A DNA stretch of 64,000 nt, taken from NCBI RefSeq assembly GCF_006345805.1, contig NW_021836313.1, positions 14,371 through 78,370 of the forward strand, written 5' to 3'. A program made the position numbers and the translations under genes. The notes beneath the pieces were generated by a model. It had not been told where the DNA came from. It ran no database searches and saw only the letters and a list, made by a program, of their open reading frames with translations. Shown in pieces: positions 1-12,411 of this stretch. Origin of the DNA: Octopus sinensis (lineage: Eukaryota). Every line of letters starts with the position of its first letter. Position 1 is the stretch's first letter.

Positions 1-1959
1 ATTTCCCAAAAGTCGATCGCTATATTTGTCTTCTTGGTCCGCTGATCCAAGCACGGGTTTCCGGAAGAGGTATTTCTTGGATATTTCATCGTTGGTTCTC
101 CAGTAGTGGCCTGCATAACATGGTTTTTCTCTGACTTCCCGTTTTCTCATATATATATATGTGTGTGTGAGTTTGTGTGTATGTATGTATGTATGTATAT
201 ATACATATACATACATGTCGGGTCGTTCTTGGATGTATCGTGCAACCCAGTACTACGTGTTGATGGTCGAGCCGTCAGCGACTAAACCAGCAACACCACC
301 GAGCTTCCTTGGTGAACAAGGTGGTTTTTGGACGTCCTGAAGAATGGGAAAAGGAGGTCCGTCAAAGAATGGATGAGTTCAGAAGAGTCAACGGCCATCC
401 AATTGCATAATATATGTATATTATGCACGAGGACTTAGAAAGTTTTGGTTTAGTACCTAGGTGTGCCTTTTTGTCTAAAAGTATGCGTTAGAATGCAAGT
501 CGGGATGCAGGGAACTGATGTAGGAGATGGAGAACTCTAAAGGTAAAGTCTGAGATATTTTGTTCATAGAATTTATAGCAAACATTTGCAAAAATTTCTG
601 CTGTCAGAATTTCCGATGACTGTGGATGTTCTTTCACAGGCCTTCACCACTGAAAACAAATCATCTGTGTGGGTCGTCTAGCAGCTAAGGTGTGGACCCT
701 CATACGTGGAAATCGAGGAGAGAATCCATTATATATACAGCCACACATATACACAAAAGTTTGCATTCATTAATCATATACAAAGCGCAATATCACTGCC
801 AAATAAACTTCCTTTAAGATAACATGTTAGAGCTAGTATATTTTCATATATAACTCCGTCACAACTAATAAACCATAGTATAATAACCATGTCTGGGAGC
901 CACGCATACACACGCGCACCACACACACATAGACACATATACTCACATACACATACAAGCTACAAGAGAATGCATTAAGTAATTACCATGTTCGAAAGCC
1001 AATGTTGCTGCCAAATACGCTTTCTTTAAGATAGCGTGTTAGTATATTAGTATATGTAACTGTTGTTCGCATCTAATAATTTACATCAAAATTACCATCT
1101 CCCATGTCCCCTTTCATCTTCCTTCTCTTCTGAAGCTCAATACAGATGTTGATGAGACTGAGAGTTAACGTTGTTGACAGCAGAATACTTTAACCACTTT
1201 GTGAACTTCCCCCTCTTCTTTATCGTCTGCATCATTTGCTAGAGTTTGAGGTAAATATCAGTAGATCCGAGAAAAGCACACACACAACCAACAAAACAAA
1301 CAAACCAAAGAAAAACAACAACAAGCAGACATACAAACAAACAAACAAATCACAAATAAACCATGTTGATTTTTTTCTGTGCTTCGCCAATCCTGTGGAG
1401 ATCTTTGAAGTATCAGAAACTACATTTTATTTTACCAATAATTACTAAATTATTGCATAATCGCTACTTGTTTTACATTCTGTTCTTACAACCGTTGGCA
1501 CCATTAATGCAGTCGTCAGTTGTGTATTTATTAACACACCTCTTAAAGCAATGAAGATGGAGGGAAAAAAGGAAGAAAGAGACAGAAATGATGGACGAAA
1601 GAAAGGAAGATGGGAAATATAGCATAAAGAAAAATATATAAATGCATAATTAAAAGAAAGCAAAAGTGACAAAAATATACTGTTATTGAGTAAACTAATC
1701 GGAAAGCAACGTCAAAATGGCGTCCAAAGTTACTGGGGAAATATGGAAGAGACAAAAAAGAGAAAAAAAGAAAAAGAAAAGAAAATACGAAACAAAACGA
1801 AGTGAAAAAAAGGCTGTGAGGAACGTATAGTTATGTTCGGTCTCAGTACACTTGTTTATCAACATTTAGATTATTTGTGCTACGAAATTGCTCTGCATGT
1901 CATCTGCGTCCTATTATTTTGTCTGAAACGTCTATGAAAATGCGGATTTATTTATTATC

Positions 1960-3330
1960 ATAATCGGCACCGCTCTCAGGGACTACGAAGCGGTTTCAGG
2001 AGCGACAACCAACCGGGAAAAATCAGTGGGCTTGCGGATCGACACTAGAAGAAGCAAGTCTATGCCGTTCAAATTCATACCGTCGTTGGGCGCTTGACGG
2101 ATGGACCGGTTAAAATGCTCGGAGTCTGATTCGATCCGGACCTCCAGATGAACAAAAACTGGGACGTGGTAACGAGGCGGGTGACTACTCTCACCCAGAA
2201 ATGGGCCGAGAGAAAGCTATCTTTGAAAGGTCGGGCAGACGTGGCTAACGCGTATATCGCGTCCATCATCTTGTATCATTTGACCGTCGTACATTGTCCT
2301 GACCAGCGTCTGATTACGCTGGAGCATATACTCTTCCGGTTTTAGTGGAAGGGATGCGCCCCGATGGTCAGGTGGTCTATTTGCTGTCACCACCCCCTGC
2401 GTGGTGACCTGGACATGCCGTGATTGATGACGCGCAGACATGCACTGAGGCTACGACATCTCCAGTGCTTCCTTCACGGTGAACAGGTGTGGTCACCGTT
2501 CGCCAGACACGTACTTCTGCAGCTAGTTCCTTTAACGGAGCTGCAGTCCTGGGTAAAACAGAGACTGAGGGGGTGCTTTTGGAAAGTGGAAGGTCTTCAA
2601 GCGCTCACAGCCCTCAACCAATCGGACACTGTGATAGGTGGAACGTCTACTTTGTAAGTGATTAGTGGAGGAAAAGTGCTATGACGTTCTTAGGGTGACC
2701 TTGGGAATCGAAAAGACCAGCTAGTTGCTCTTTTGCGGAGAACTTTTGGGCCGGGACTGATGGATAATTTCCAAAAATCTCTGGTCTGGTAGTGCTGCCG
2801 GGGAGCTTTGTCTGTTCGAAATAACCTTTACAGGCATCGGAAGTGGCGTCAACCGAGCAAGTGTGAGATACGCGCAGGACGACGAGACGGTCCTGCATAC
2901 ACTCGTCCAGTGCTCGAGCATTGCTGACCTGTGTGTTTATGTCGAACACTTGCTAACGCGTGTGGAATGGATCCGGCTGTCAATTGAATCCATCGAGAAG
3001 ATCGCCCCGCTGCTTTCCTTTAACCGGGAAGGAAAGGCTGTTTTTATATGCATCGTGGCCTTGGCGAAAGAGATTGTATGGTGGACGAGATTGAAGAGGC
3101 TGAAAACAAATACTTTTCTCTTTGGCCAATCCCTGATGAACTTCTTCAAGTTTACTTAAAAAGGAAAATAAGGGCAGAAAAGGGAATGTTGTCTTCTAGT
3201 CAGTTTGCATAAAGGTCGATGAAACTGGCGAGAATGGTGCGAGTGAACGGGCCTGCCCTGAGCATACGCCCCGAAAGTCAGTGTACCCATGGCTTTTTTA
3301 TGCGGTTTTTCCATGAGCAGCCCTCGAAAC
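1960..3330 (+). mobile_element. Tx1/L1-clade LINE, 5'-truncated, decayed (RT thumb plus C-terminal Zn-finger region)
   Basis: Broken frames give KWAERKLSLKGRADVANAYIASIILYHLTV and DETVLHTLVQC, homologous to the better preserved copy at 15961-18180. Confidence 0.85.
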
Positions 3331-3511
3331 TCCTCCCTATTGAGGGTTGCATATTGCTGATTTCTTTCTTCCTCTTCTTTTTTTAAAAAAAATGTTCGCC
3401 TTATTTACACGCAAAACCCTCACAACAGACACGCATACAGACACACACATTCTTTGTTTTGTCCTGTACTGTTCATAATGTTTTTCGTAATGTAAACTCA
3501 TGTGGTTAATA

Positions 3512-3608
<97 letters not shown>

Positions 3609-3645
3609 TATTATTATTATTATTATCATTATTATTATTATTATC
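3512..3645. repeat. (TTA)n microsatellite forming the 3' flank of the adjacent RLE LINE
   Basis: Direct sequence. Confidence 0.95.
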
Positions 3646-4605
3646 ATGCCTTTGCACAGCTTCTTATTTTCCGAGCACCTTCCGGAGTATTCGAGCGGCT
3701 CCAAGCAGTGCAAATCCTCCATCCTTATTGCAGCCCCTATTTGTTCCACGTACTTCTCAAGATTTTTACTCACTGTTCCCAGGGATCCGACAATTATTGG
3801 TACTACTGCTATCTTTTTCATCGACCACAACTGCTTAACTTCCCAAGCTAACCTGTCATATCTCTCGACTTTTCTTTCTTCCTTTTCGCATACCTTGTTG
3901 TCAGCTGGGCATGCTATATCTATGATCCAGCATACCAATTAAAACTATGTCTGGCTTCCTGTTCTCTATCTCATGGTCGCACTGAATCATAAAATCCCAT
4001 AGGATCTTTGCATTTCTATTTTCGATGATGCCTTCAGGTTTGTGATCGTACCAATTTTTTGCTCTGTCAAGTCCATACTTGTTGCAAAGTGTCCAATGAA
4101 CAAACCTGGCTATATTGTCGTGGCGTCTCTTATATTCCTTCTGGGCTAGTGGTGTACATTGGCTGGTAATATGCTATACGGTTTCACCGTTCTGTCCACA
4201 CCTTCTGCAGTTATCACTTTTTGCTGTGTTGTCTATTGTGTATTTTATGTAGTTTGTTCTTAGTGCTTGCTCTTGGGCAGCACAGATTAGAGCCTCCGTT
4301 TCCGGCTTTCAATCACTTTTAGTCATCTACAGCCATCTTTTTTCTCTGTCTGTCTTATCTTCAACATCTCTACATACCATGCTATGTTGTTTTCTTCTGC
4401 TCTAATGCTGTGTTCGCATCCAATCAGTCCTCTTCCCCCACTTTTCCTTGGTACATACAGTCTGTCTGTGTCACATTTTGGATGCAGTGACTCATATCTA
4501 ATTAGCAACTTCCTTCTCTTTCTGTGTAAGCTGTTTAGTTCGTCTACTGTCCATGCGATTACCCCTGCTTCATATCTAAGGTGTGAAACCGACCAGGTGT
4601 TGCTA
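3646..4605 (-). mobile_element. R4/Dong-like RLE LINE fragment (family B), 5'-truncated
   Basis: Minus-strand translation: ETEALICAAQEQALRTNY, CRRC..ETV.HI.S.C...AQKEYKRRHD (CCHC), KPDIVL (RLE), KYDRLAWEVKQLW..VVPIIVGSLG-like end. Triplet repeats on both sides. Confidence 0.85.
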
Positions 4606-4634
4606 GCTTCGATCTTCTTCTTCTTCTTCTTCTT

Positions 4635-4708
<74 letters not shown>

Positions 4709-4815
4709 GTCATCGTTTCGGGGTCGATAAATAAGTACTAGTTTTGGACTGATGTCGACGTAACTGACTATTCCCCCCCTCCAGATTTCAGGGCTTGTGC
4801 CTAAAGTAGAAAGGA
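4709..4815 (+). mobile_element. SINE family A, 3' half, (ATT)n tail
   Basis: ttcggggtcgataaataagtac ... ttgtgcctaaagtagaaaggattatt, shared with 4836, 12177, 14697 and 39343. Confidence 0.6.
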
Positions 4816-4835
4816 TTATTATTATAATTGTTATT

Positions 4836-5045
4836 CAAGGTGGCTAACTGGCAGAGTCGGTAGAGTGTCGGAATGTCATTCGGCCTTTTACGTTCTGAGT
4901 TCGTATACCACCGATGTCTCGACTGTACCTTTCATCCTTTCGGGATCGATAAAATAAGAGCCAGCTCAGGAATGGGGTCAATGTAATCGACTTGTCTCCT
5001 CCTCCTCCTAAAATTGCTGGCCTTGGGCCAAGATTAGAAATAATG
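4836..5045 (+). mobile_element. SINE family A, near full length, tRNA-like head
   Basis: A/B-box-like head (ggtggctaactggcaga ... gagttcgtatacc) plus the conserved ctttcatcctttcggg.tcgataaa core. Confidence 0.7.
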
Positions 5046-5069
5046 ATTTTTATGAGTATAAAGCTATTA

Positions 5070-5385
5070 CATGCCACTTTAGTTGGCAGGGTTGTTGTCT
5101 TGTGACTTGGTGACAACAAGTCTCCTCAAATCTCTTGAGTATTTCTAAGGATTCTTAAAGCTTTTAGGATGTCACTTTCTGTCGGTCGACAGCGTGAGTT
5201 TCAATTCAAATATTCTTCAGTCTTTCCGGCAGCCGTTTGGTTGTTGTGCCAAGTGCATCTGTTAGCACAGGAGCAACTTGTCACTTTTCACTTCCACAAA
5301 CTCTTCGTCTCTCAAGAAAGGTCCTGATTTTTCTCAATTTTCTGAATTTCTTTCGCATCCTTTCAGAGTCAACAAAATAAAAAAG
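5070..5385 (-). mobile_element. Degenerate 3' end of another RLE-type LINE
   Basis: Weak LRILRN..I*GDLLSP-like terminus on the minus strand; many stops. Confidence 0.35.
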
Positions 5386-5399
5386 AGAAGTATTACTCA

Positions 5400-5489
5400 A
5401 GTCCTGCAGTTGATGTAATCAACAGACACACCACTACCACCGCCACCGCCACCCCTCAAATTTCTGACCTTGTGCCAAAATTTGGAACG

Positions 5490-5522
<33 letters not shown>
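5400..5522 (+). mobile_element. SINE family A 3' remnant with (ATT)n tail
   Basis: gatgtaatcaac ... aaatttctgaccttgtgccaaaatttggaacg followed by attattatt. Confidence 0.5.
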
Positions 5523-5525
<3 letters not shown>

Positions 5526-8500
5526 TAGTTTTATTTTTATAGCGTGCTTTCACTTCACTACCGAGCGCAGCTCTGTGTGCCTTGGGTATGTGCTGTGATT
5601 TGTTGTGATGCTCTGATGGTTATTGTATGGAAAGTGTTCTGCGTAGGATGTGTGCAGTGCCTAGTAGTGCAATTTTCTGTATGTTATATGTGTTTGTAAG
5701 TCCTGGTGTTTTTGTTATGTATTTGTCTGAATATTTTTTTATCATGCCTAATGCACCTACTATGATAGGAATTGTTTCTGTTTTCAGGTTCCACATTCTA
5801 GTTATCTCTATTTCCAGGTCTTTGTATTTTGAAAGTTTCTCCATTTCTTTTAGAGACACGTTGTCATCTGCCGGTATTGATACATCAATTAGAAAGCATT
5901 TTTTTTCTTCATGATCTCTGACAACTATATCTGGTCTGTTGGCCTTAATTTCTCTATCTGTGTGTATCGGCATATCCCAGAGTATGGTTGCTTTCTCGTT
6001 TTCTGTGACCTTTTCTGGTGTGTGCCTATACCATCTTTTTTCTGTTGTTATTCCATAATGTTGGCATAGCTTCCAATGTATGTAGGTTCCAACTCTGTCA
6101 TGTCTGTGAATATATTCCTTCTTAGCCAGGACTGGGCAGCTAGAGATAATATGATTTATTGTTTCTTGTCCATCTCCACATATTCTGCAGTTACTTGTAA
6201 TATTTCTTTTCATTACATGTTTTTGGTAATTTCTGGTGGGGAGGCTTTGGTCTTGTGCTGCAATTAAAAATCCCTCTGTTTCTGCTTTGAGTCTTGAGCT
6301 TCTCAACCATTGCTGGGATTTTTCTTTGTCTATTTCTTTTGCGTTTAGTTTAGTGCAGTACTTACCATGAAGGGGCTTTTCTTGCCATCGTTTTATCATG
6401 GCTCGTTGCTGTTCTATTTTTAGTTTGGATTTCATTTGTTTTATAGCTTTTGTTGTTTCTTCATCATCTTCTTCTTCTTCTTTGTGTTTATTAGGTGGTA
6501 TGATTTCTTGTTTGTATTTGTCAGCTTCCTTAAATACTGAGAACAGTTTTTTGTTTTGCTCGTGTTTTGCTGCTATCTGGATCAGTTTTCCTTCCTTCTG
6601 AATTAGGTATTTTTGCAGTCCTATGGTGGTTATTTTATAGTAGTTTTCCAGCTGCATAAGGCCTCTACCACCTTCTATACGTTGTATATATAGTCTTTCT
6701 ATGTCAGATTTTGGGTGATGCATCCTAGATCCTGTCAGTATTTTTCATGTTTTCCTATCTATTTTGGACAGTTCGTTTCGTGTCCAGTTAAGGATATTGT
6801 AGCTGTAACTTATAACTGGGACAGCTAAAGTGTTGATACCTATTATCTTGTTTTTAGCATTGAGCTCTGTTTTTAGTATTGATCTAACTCGTCTATAATA
6901 TTCTTTTTTTATTTTCTCTTTCATTTGTGTGTGTTGTGTCTTATCTAGTTCATGGATTCCTAAGTATTTGTAAGTTTGGCTTTGGTCTAATTCTTTTATT
7001 TCATTGGCTTTATCTAGTGTGATGTTGTTACTCTTAACTAGTTTTCCTCTTTTCATGGTTACTTTGGCGCATTTTTCTAATCTAAATTTCATATCTATTT
7101 CTTTGGTAAATCCATGAACTGTCTTTAATAGTGTTTCCAGCTGTTTGTCATTTGCAGCGTATAGTTTTAGGTCATCCATATAAAAGGTGGCTGATCGTTT
7201 TGCCGTAACATTTATATCCGCATCCAGTTCTATTTAGCATATCAGATAGAGGTGACAGTGTCAAGCAGAAAAGGAGTGGAGAGAGCGTGTCTCCCTGGAA
7301 TATTCCTCTTCTAATGGGGATGTCTTTGGTTTTCATGAGTCCCTCTTTTGTTTGGAGGTGTAGGACTGTTTGCCATTTATTCATAGAGTGCTCTATGAAT
7401 TTTATGATTGTTGGTGCTACTTGTTAATGGCTAGTGTTTCGAGGATCCATGTGTGGGGGATGCTATCAAACGCCTTTTTGTAGTCAATCCAGGCCATACT
7501 GAGGCCTTTTTCTTTCTGTGGCTGTCTTCAGTTACGGCTTTATTAATCATTAGTTGATCTTTACAGCCATATGAGCCCTTGCGGCATCCTTTCTGCTCTT
7601 CTGGGAACAGTTTGTTTTCGTCCAGGTGCTTGTTCAGCCTTTGCGATATCACTGCAGTAAATGCCTTGAACATAGTAGGGAGGCAGGTTATTGGTCTGTA
7701 GTTTTCTGGTTTTGTTGTTTCATTTGATTTGGGAATTAAGATGGTTTTCCCCTTCGTGAGCCATTCAGGCATTGTCTCTGGCTCTGCTAGTACGTTGTTA
7801 AAGTTTTCAGCCAGCTTTTTGTGCATTCCTGTTAGATATTTCAACCAGAAGTTGGGGATCTTGTCATGCCCAGGTGCCTTCCAGTTGCTTAGTTTTTGCA
7901 GTGCCTGGGTGACCTCTTCAGTTGTTATGGGGGTCCAAAGTTGTTCAGATGCCGAGTTTGTTATTTTCATACTCCTTTTTTTGGCTGTTCGTTCGCCGAC
8001 CATATTCTCTCCAGAATTCTTCCAATTCTTCTGCCGTTGGTGCTGCAGTGACTTCTATTTTATTTTTGCCCAGTCTTGGTAGAACTTTTTGGGGTCGGAG
8101 TTGAACTTTTTGTTCTGTTCAAAGAAGCGTTGGCGTTTCTCGTACCGGCGGATCCTTTGAGCTTTGGCAAGGATATCTTGCTTCAGCTTTTCTTTTATCT
8201 CCGGCAAATCTTTTTCTGTGATGTTATATTTGCGGAGCATTTTTGTTCCCTTTTGTTGCTTAGTAGCGTTGCTTGTTTGCTGATTTCATTAAGAATCGAC
8301 AGGTCTTTTCTAATTTTTTAAATTTTGTTTTGGATGTTATTTATCCACAGGGTTTGTTTGGGTGGTGGTACTCCTGTTTGGGCGGGTTTGGGTGAGTATC
8401 CAGCTTCTTTTGTGGCTGCAGTGGCTGCTGCGTATATCAAGTCATTTAGTTCAGTGATATCACTTTTTTTTGTTTCAGTGGCTAGTTCAGTGACGGCTAG

Positions 8501-9460
8501 GTTATGTGTTTATAATTGGTGTTGTTATTGCGTTTATTTTTATTCTTGGGAGGTATGGTCGGTGGTCCATTTGGGCTCTGTGTTTTCAGTTCTTTGATTA
8601 TTTTATTTTTTATATTATCATAATCATTAGGCTCCCCTTCGTTGTTTACATCGTGATTGTTGGGAATGTTGCGTTTGTCTTCGTGTTACAGTTTCAGTGT
8701 TTATATTATTGGGCATTGTTGTGTGGCTTCTATCTACATTTTCCTGGGTATTTTTTCTTTTAAATGTTCTATTTCTATTTCTGATATTTTTTTGGCTTTG
8801 AGAATGTATCTTCGTTACGTTAGCTAATTATTAGGGTTCATTGCTGTATCCAAGTCTATATCTCTATTATTTTCCTTCCATATTTTATATGTATGTGTGT
8901 TGTATTTTCATTTGTGGGTAGAGCATTGCTGTGAAGTATGCGTGTTAAGATAGAAATGTATTCCTCACGTGTCCATTTACGTCTTTTGGGTTTTAATTGC
9001 GCGACATGAGGTACAACGTCCGGCCCATTATTTTGACGGTCGTCATTTTCGTAGGGTACCGGTCCGTTTATTTCTGTTGTCACATTATTTCGCACGTGTA
9101 GTTTTTCGTACATTTTTTGTTGTAGGTTTAATGTACGTACCGCTCGATTGTTATTCTTGGGTTAAATAGTATCGGTGGCATTTAATTTCTTCGTCGTTCC
9201 TTTGTACATGGTGTTTGAGGTCGGGGATGATCGTGTTGTTCCACGCATGTTTACATGTGTTGTGTTAGAGGTGGAGATAATATCGAGTCAAAATACATAA
9301 TTTCGTTTCGAAAATAGTAATAAATTTCAATTAGTATTACTTACTCGGATATAGTCCAATTCTTTGTTAGTAAATCTTTGGCTCCATAGGGTGTCCTTGT
9401 TTTCGATGTTTGTGGATAGATTTCGGAGCTCTGTATTTTCCTTCTTACATCTTAAACGTC

Positions 9461-9461
<1 letters not shown>
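5523..9461 (-). mobile_element. R4/Dong-like RLE non-LTR retrotransposon (family A), probably full length, about 3.9 kb
   Basis: N-terminal KRRKWTREE; RT motifs WKAPGHDKIPNFWLK, YRPITCLPT, GIFQGDTLSPLLFC, (Y)MDDLKLY; CCHC CRICG..ETINHIISSC; RLE RPDIV..IDVSIP..KLSKYKDL. (ATT)n on both flanks; 3' UTR matches 57200-57308. Confidence 0.9.
5620..9113 (-). pseudogene. RT-RLE polyprotein ORF of the Dong-like element, split into at least 6 frames
   Basis: Track ORFs 8856-9113, 8055-8240, 7431-8003, 7172-7384, 6745-7179 and 5620-6723 are collinear pieces of one protein. Confidence 0.85.
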
Positions 9462-9489
<28 letters not shown>

Positions 9490-9492
<3 letters not shown>

Positions 9493-9895
9493 CGGCGACG
9501 TATCAGAATCGACATAACAGAATCGACAATACTTTGCGGCGCTATTTGTTCAGGCTTTTTACGTCCTGAGTTCAAATCCTATTGAGATCAACGTTGTCTT
9601 TCGTCATTTTGGGGCAGATAAAGTACTGGAATGAATAGTAAGGATCAACTTTCTCACCGAGATTTCAGGCCTTGTGCCATTGCGAGAAAAAATTATTTTT
9701 GTGAAACACCATGGTTTGACAGAACAGGTACAACGTCTGATAATAATGCCTTGTGGTGTTTATTTTGGATTGGGTCCCTCTGCAGTTTGTGTTCGTGTCT
9801 CGCCAGGGCTGACTTTCAGGATAAAGGAACTAAAGTATCAGTAAGAACTGGGGTGGATATAATCAACTAGTCACTTTTATTTAGGTCTTAGTAAC
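9490..9895 (+). mobile_element. Fragmented SINE family A copies
   Basis: ggcggcgac head, gagttcaaatcc B-box, tttcaggccttgtgcc and ggggtggatataatcaact pieces. Confidence 0.5.
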
Positions 9896-10637
9896 CTTGT
9901 GACCTCATGACCTCATGACCTCATGACCTGGTGTCAGTGTCACTAGCCAGTATCATTCGTTATAAGAGAGGAGAACAGAACGATTTCTTTTTTACATTTT
10001 GGTTTCAAACCCCACCGACGTCTCTGCTTTGATTTTCCATTATTCCGAAATCGATAAATACAAATCGATCACTAGGCTTCGTCATTGTCCATTATGACCT
10101 TCTTGTTCACCCTTTCATTCTGATTCTTATACTCCAGACATAATTTCGTATTCTTTGGAAATTTCCATTCTTCCTTATGACATTAATTAGATTTCTTATA
10201 CACTCGCCACCCCCATTCTTCCTTTTCTCACCCACGAGGTACTCTTCTGCCTCTTTTATTTCCATATACTCACTTTTGTCCCCTCTTTTTTGTTCACTTT
10301 ATTCAATATATAACTTATCGATCCTTCTCCTTTCTCCTTTTCTTCTAAAAATAACATATTTTGAACTTTCTTCTTATAATTCCTTTAAACCCTTTGTTAC
10401 CAAATTTCTCTTCAAATACACATTTTGAAACTAATAAAGAATTCAGCAAAATAACTTTAACATTATTAAGTTAATGTTTGGAACGTAAATTTAGCACGAT
10501 GTTTCTGCCTATCTATTTGTCTGTCTGTCTGCGTGTCTGTCTCTCTGTCTCATACCATTGTATGATTCAAATATATTAAGTCTTCATTCCTCCTCCCAAA
10601 GCTCTTCTTCTTTTCTCTTCTTTTCTATATATTTTTC

Positions 10638-10756
10638 TTCACTCTGATGAAGCTCCATGTCCCAGATCGGATGTGTTACAAAATATGACGAATATTATTC
10701 TCAGAATTTTCTTTGGCAACACTGTAGGACATTGGAAGCAGAAACGGCTGTTAGAT
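10638..10756 (+). ncRNA. Degenerate hammerhead-like motif (probable PLE terminus remnant)
   Basis: CTGATGA at 10644, imperfect stem gctccatgtcc/ggacattggaagc, GAAAC..GTT at 10741-10752; stem I poor. Confidence 0.35.
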
Positions 10757-11009
10757 GGGACAAAGTCTTTGTATTAAAAAATAATAATCGATGGTAGTCA
10801 ATTGTTGTTGATCAAGATTTCTCTATTTTCTGCTTAATTCAAATTTGATTTCTGATAAACTCTTGTTTATTTTTGCTATTGCCTGTATCTTATGAACATA
10901 ATATACTTCCATATGTATGCCCAGGGTTAACATAGGTAATTTATACCGGTAGTAATAATGGATATTCTTATCCCTTAGATAGTCTTATCGATACTATTAC
11001 CTCTCATAA

Positions 11010-11092
<83 letters not shown>

Positions 11093-11169
11093 TATATATT
11101 ATATATATATATATATATGTATATAAATAACTGACTATATATATGAATAAATAATGACGACGTATGAAT

Positions 11170-11367
11170 GTTCAGCTTTTACCGAACGACCTCATTTGCT
11201 TGTAGTCGTTAAATGGTTTTACTGTACATTAGCCCCCCCTCCATTCACTCAATATTGCGGTGTTACATGTCAAAGTGAACGCAGAGTAAAGTGAAATGAA
11301 GTATCTTGTCGAAGAACACAGCGCACCATCCAATTCAGGAATCGAATCCATGGTCTAACCACTAGGT
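11170..11367 (-). mobile_element. SINE family C (tRNA head plus conserved core)
   Basis: gtgaaatgaagtatcttgtcgaagaacacagcgc..ggaatcgaatcc..ctaaccactagg, shared with 22325 and 50930. Confidence 0.55.
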
Positions 11368-12176
11368 TACGTGCTCATCACACACACACAACACACAAAC
11401 ACTCTCCTTCACTCTCTCTCTCTCACACATACATTCACGATATCGCAACGAGGTGAATGTGGGGTTAGGGTCATGGCGGTCGTTGCGGTGGTACTGCTGC
11501 TTAAAGTAGCCCCAAAAAATAATCCCTTTTAAATTTAATTCAAAGAACTTTATCGTTTGTACTAAAAGCCATAAAATTATTCTCCTCCTGCAGGATTTGA
11601 ACTCAGTATAAGAAGAAATTAGAAACAACTTCGCCATTTTCTAAAGTGTTGCTGCCATTTACAGGTCTTTTTCTTCTGTCGGCGCCATTATTGCTTTATC
11701 AGCAATTTGAAATAAATTCTTATTGATTATCGATTATCGTTTGTAAATAGTTTCCCAACTGTCACACATTAACGTCTGATATATTTTAAAATTTGATTCT
11801 GAATATATTTCTCCCCGCCCCACCAAAAAAAACCCATAACATTTTGCGGAAGAACTAATTTTATTTTCAAAAAACTCTCCTTCCCCACCTTCCCTCCCCA
11901 CCCCTCCTCTTCAAATTCTATTGAAACATTTTTATATTTATGTCTTTTCTTGTTACATTTATATATATATTTATTTTTGTTGACTTCAATTTCCTCCAGG
12001 TAACCCTTTCTTCTTTCTACTTTCGTCCTTTGAGTTCTCTGCAATTTTGGCGGGCCTTGTGCTTAATAAAAGAATATCCTGTAACACCTCATTCTCCTCT
12101 TTTTCCTCCTCCTCATCACAATCATCACTACCATCATTATCATCGTTAACGCCATCATCGTCGTCGTCGTCACCGT

Positions 12177-12293
12177 ATTCTTTGCCTTTCATTCTTTCGG
12201 GTTCGATAAAATAAGCACCAGTTAAACACTGGGGTCGATGTAATCGATCTGGCCCCTCCACCGAGAATGGTGACCTTGTGACAAAATTTGAAG

Positions 12294-12352
<59 letters not shown>

Positions 12353-12411
12353 GTTATTATCATTATTATTATTATAATTATTATTATTATATTATTATTA
12401 TTATTATTATT
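12177..12411 (+). mobile_element. SINE family A 3' half plus about 115-bp (ATT)n tail
   Basis: ctttgcctttcattctttcgggttcgataaaataagcaccag..gaccttgtgacaaaatttgaagtc then (att)n. Confidence 0.7.

Noticed and set aside
5620-6723. 367-aa ORF as a stand-alone host gene
   Set aside because: It is the C-terminal piece of the Dong-like polyprotein; the same applies to 12607-13569.
9327-9575. 82-aa minus-strand ORF as a separate gene or ORF1
   Set aside because: It starts in an adjacent SINE and reads through (AAT)n; the remainder is more simply the 5' region of the Dong-like element.
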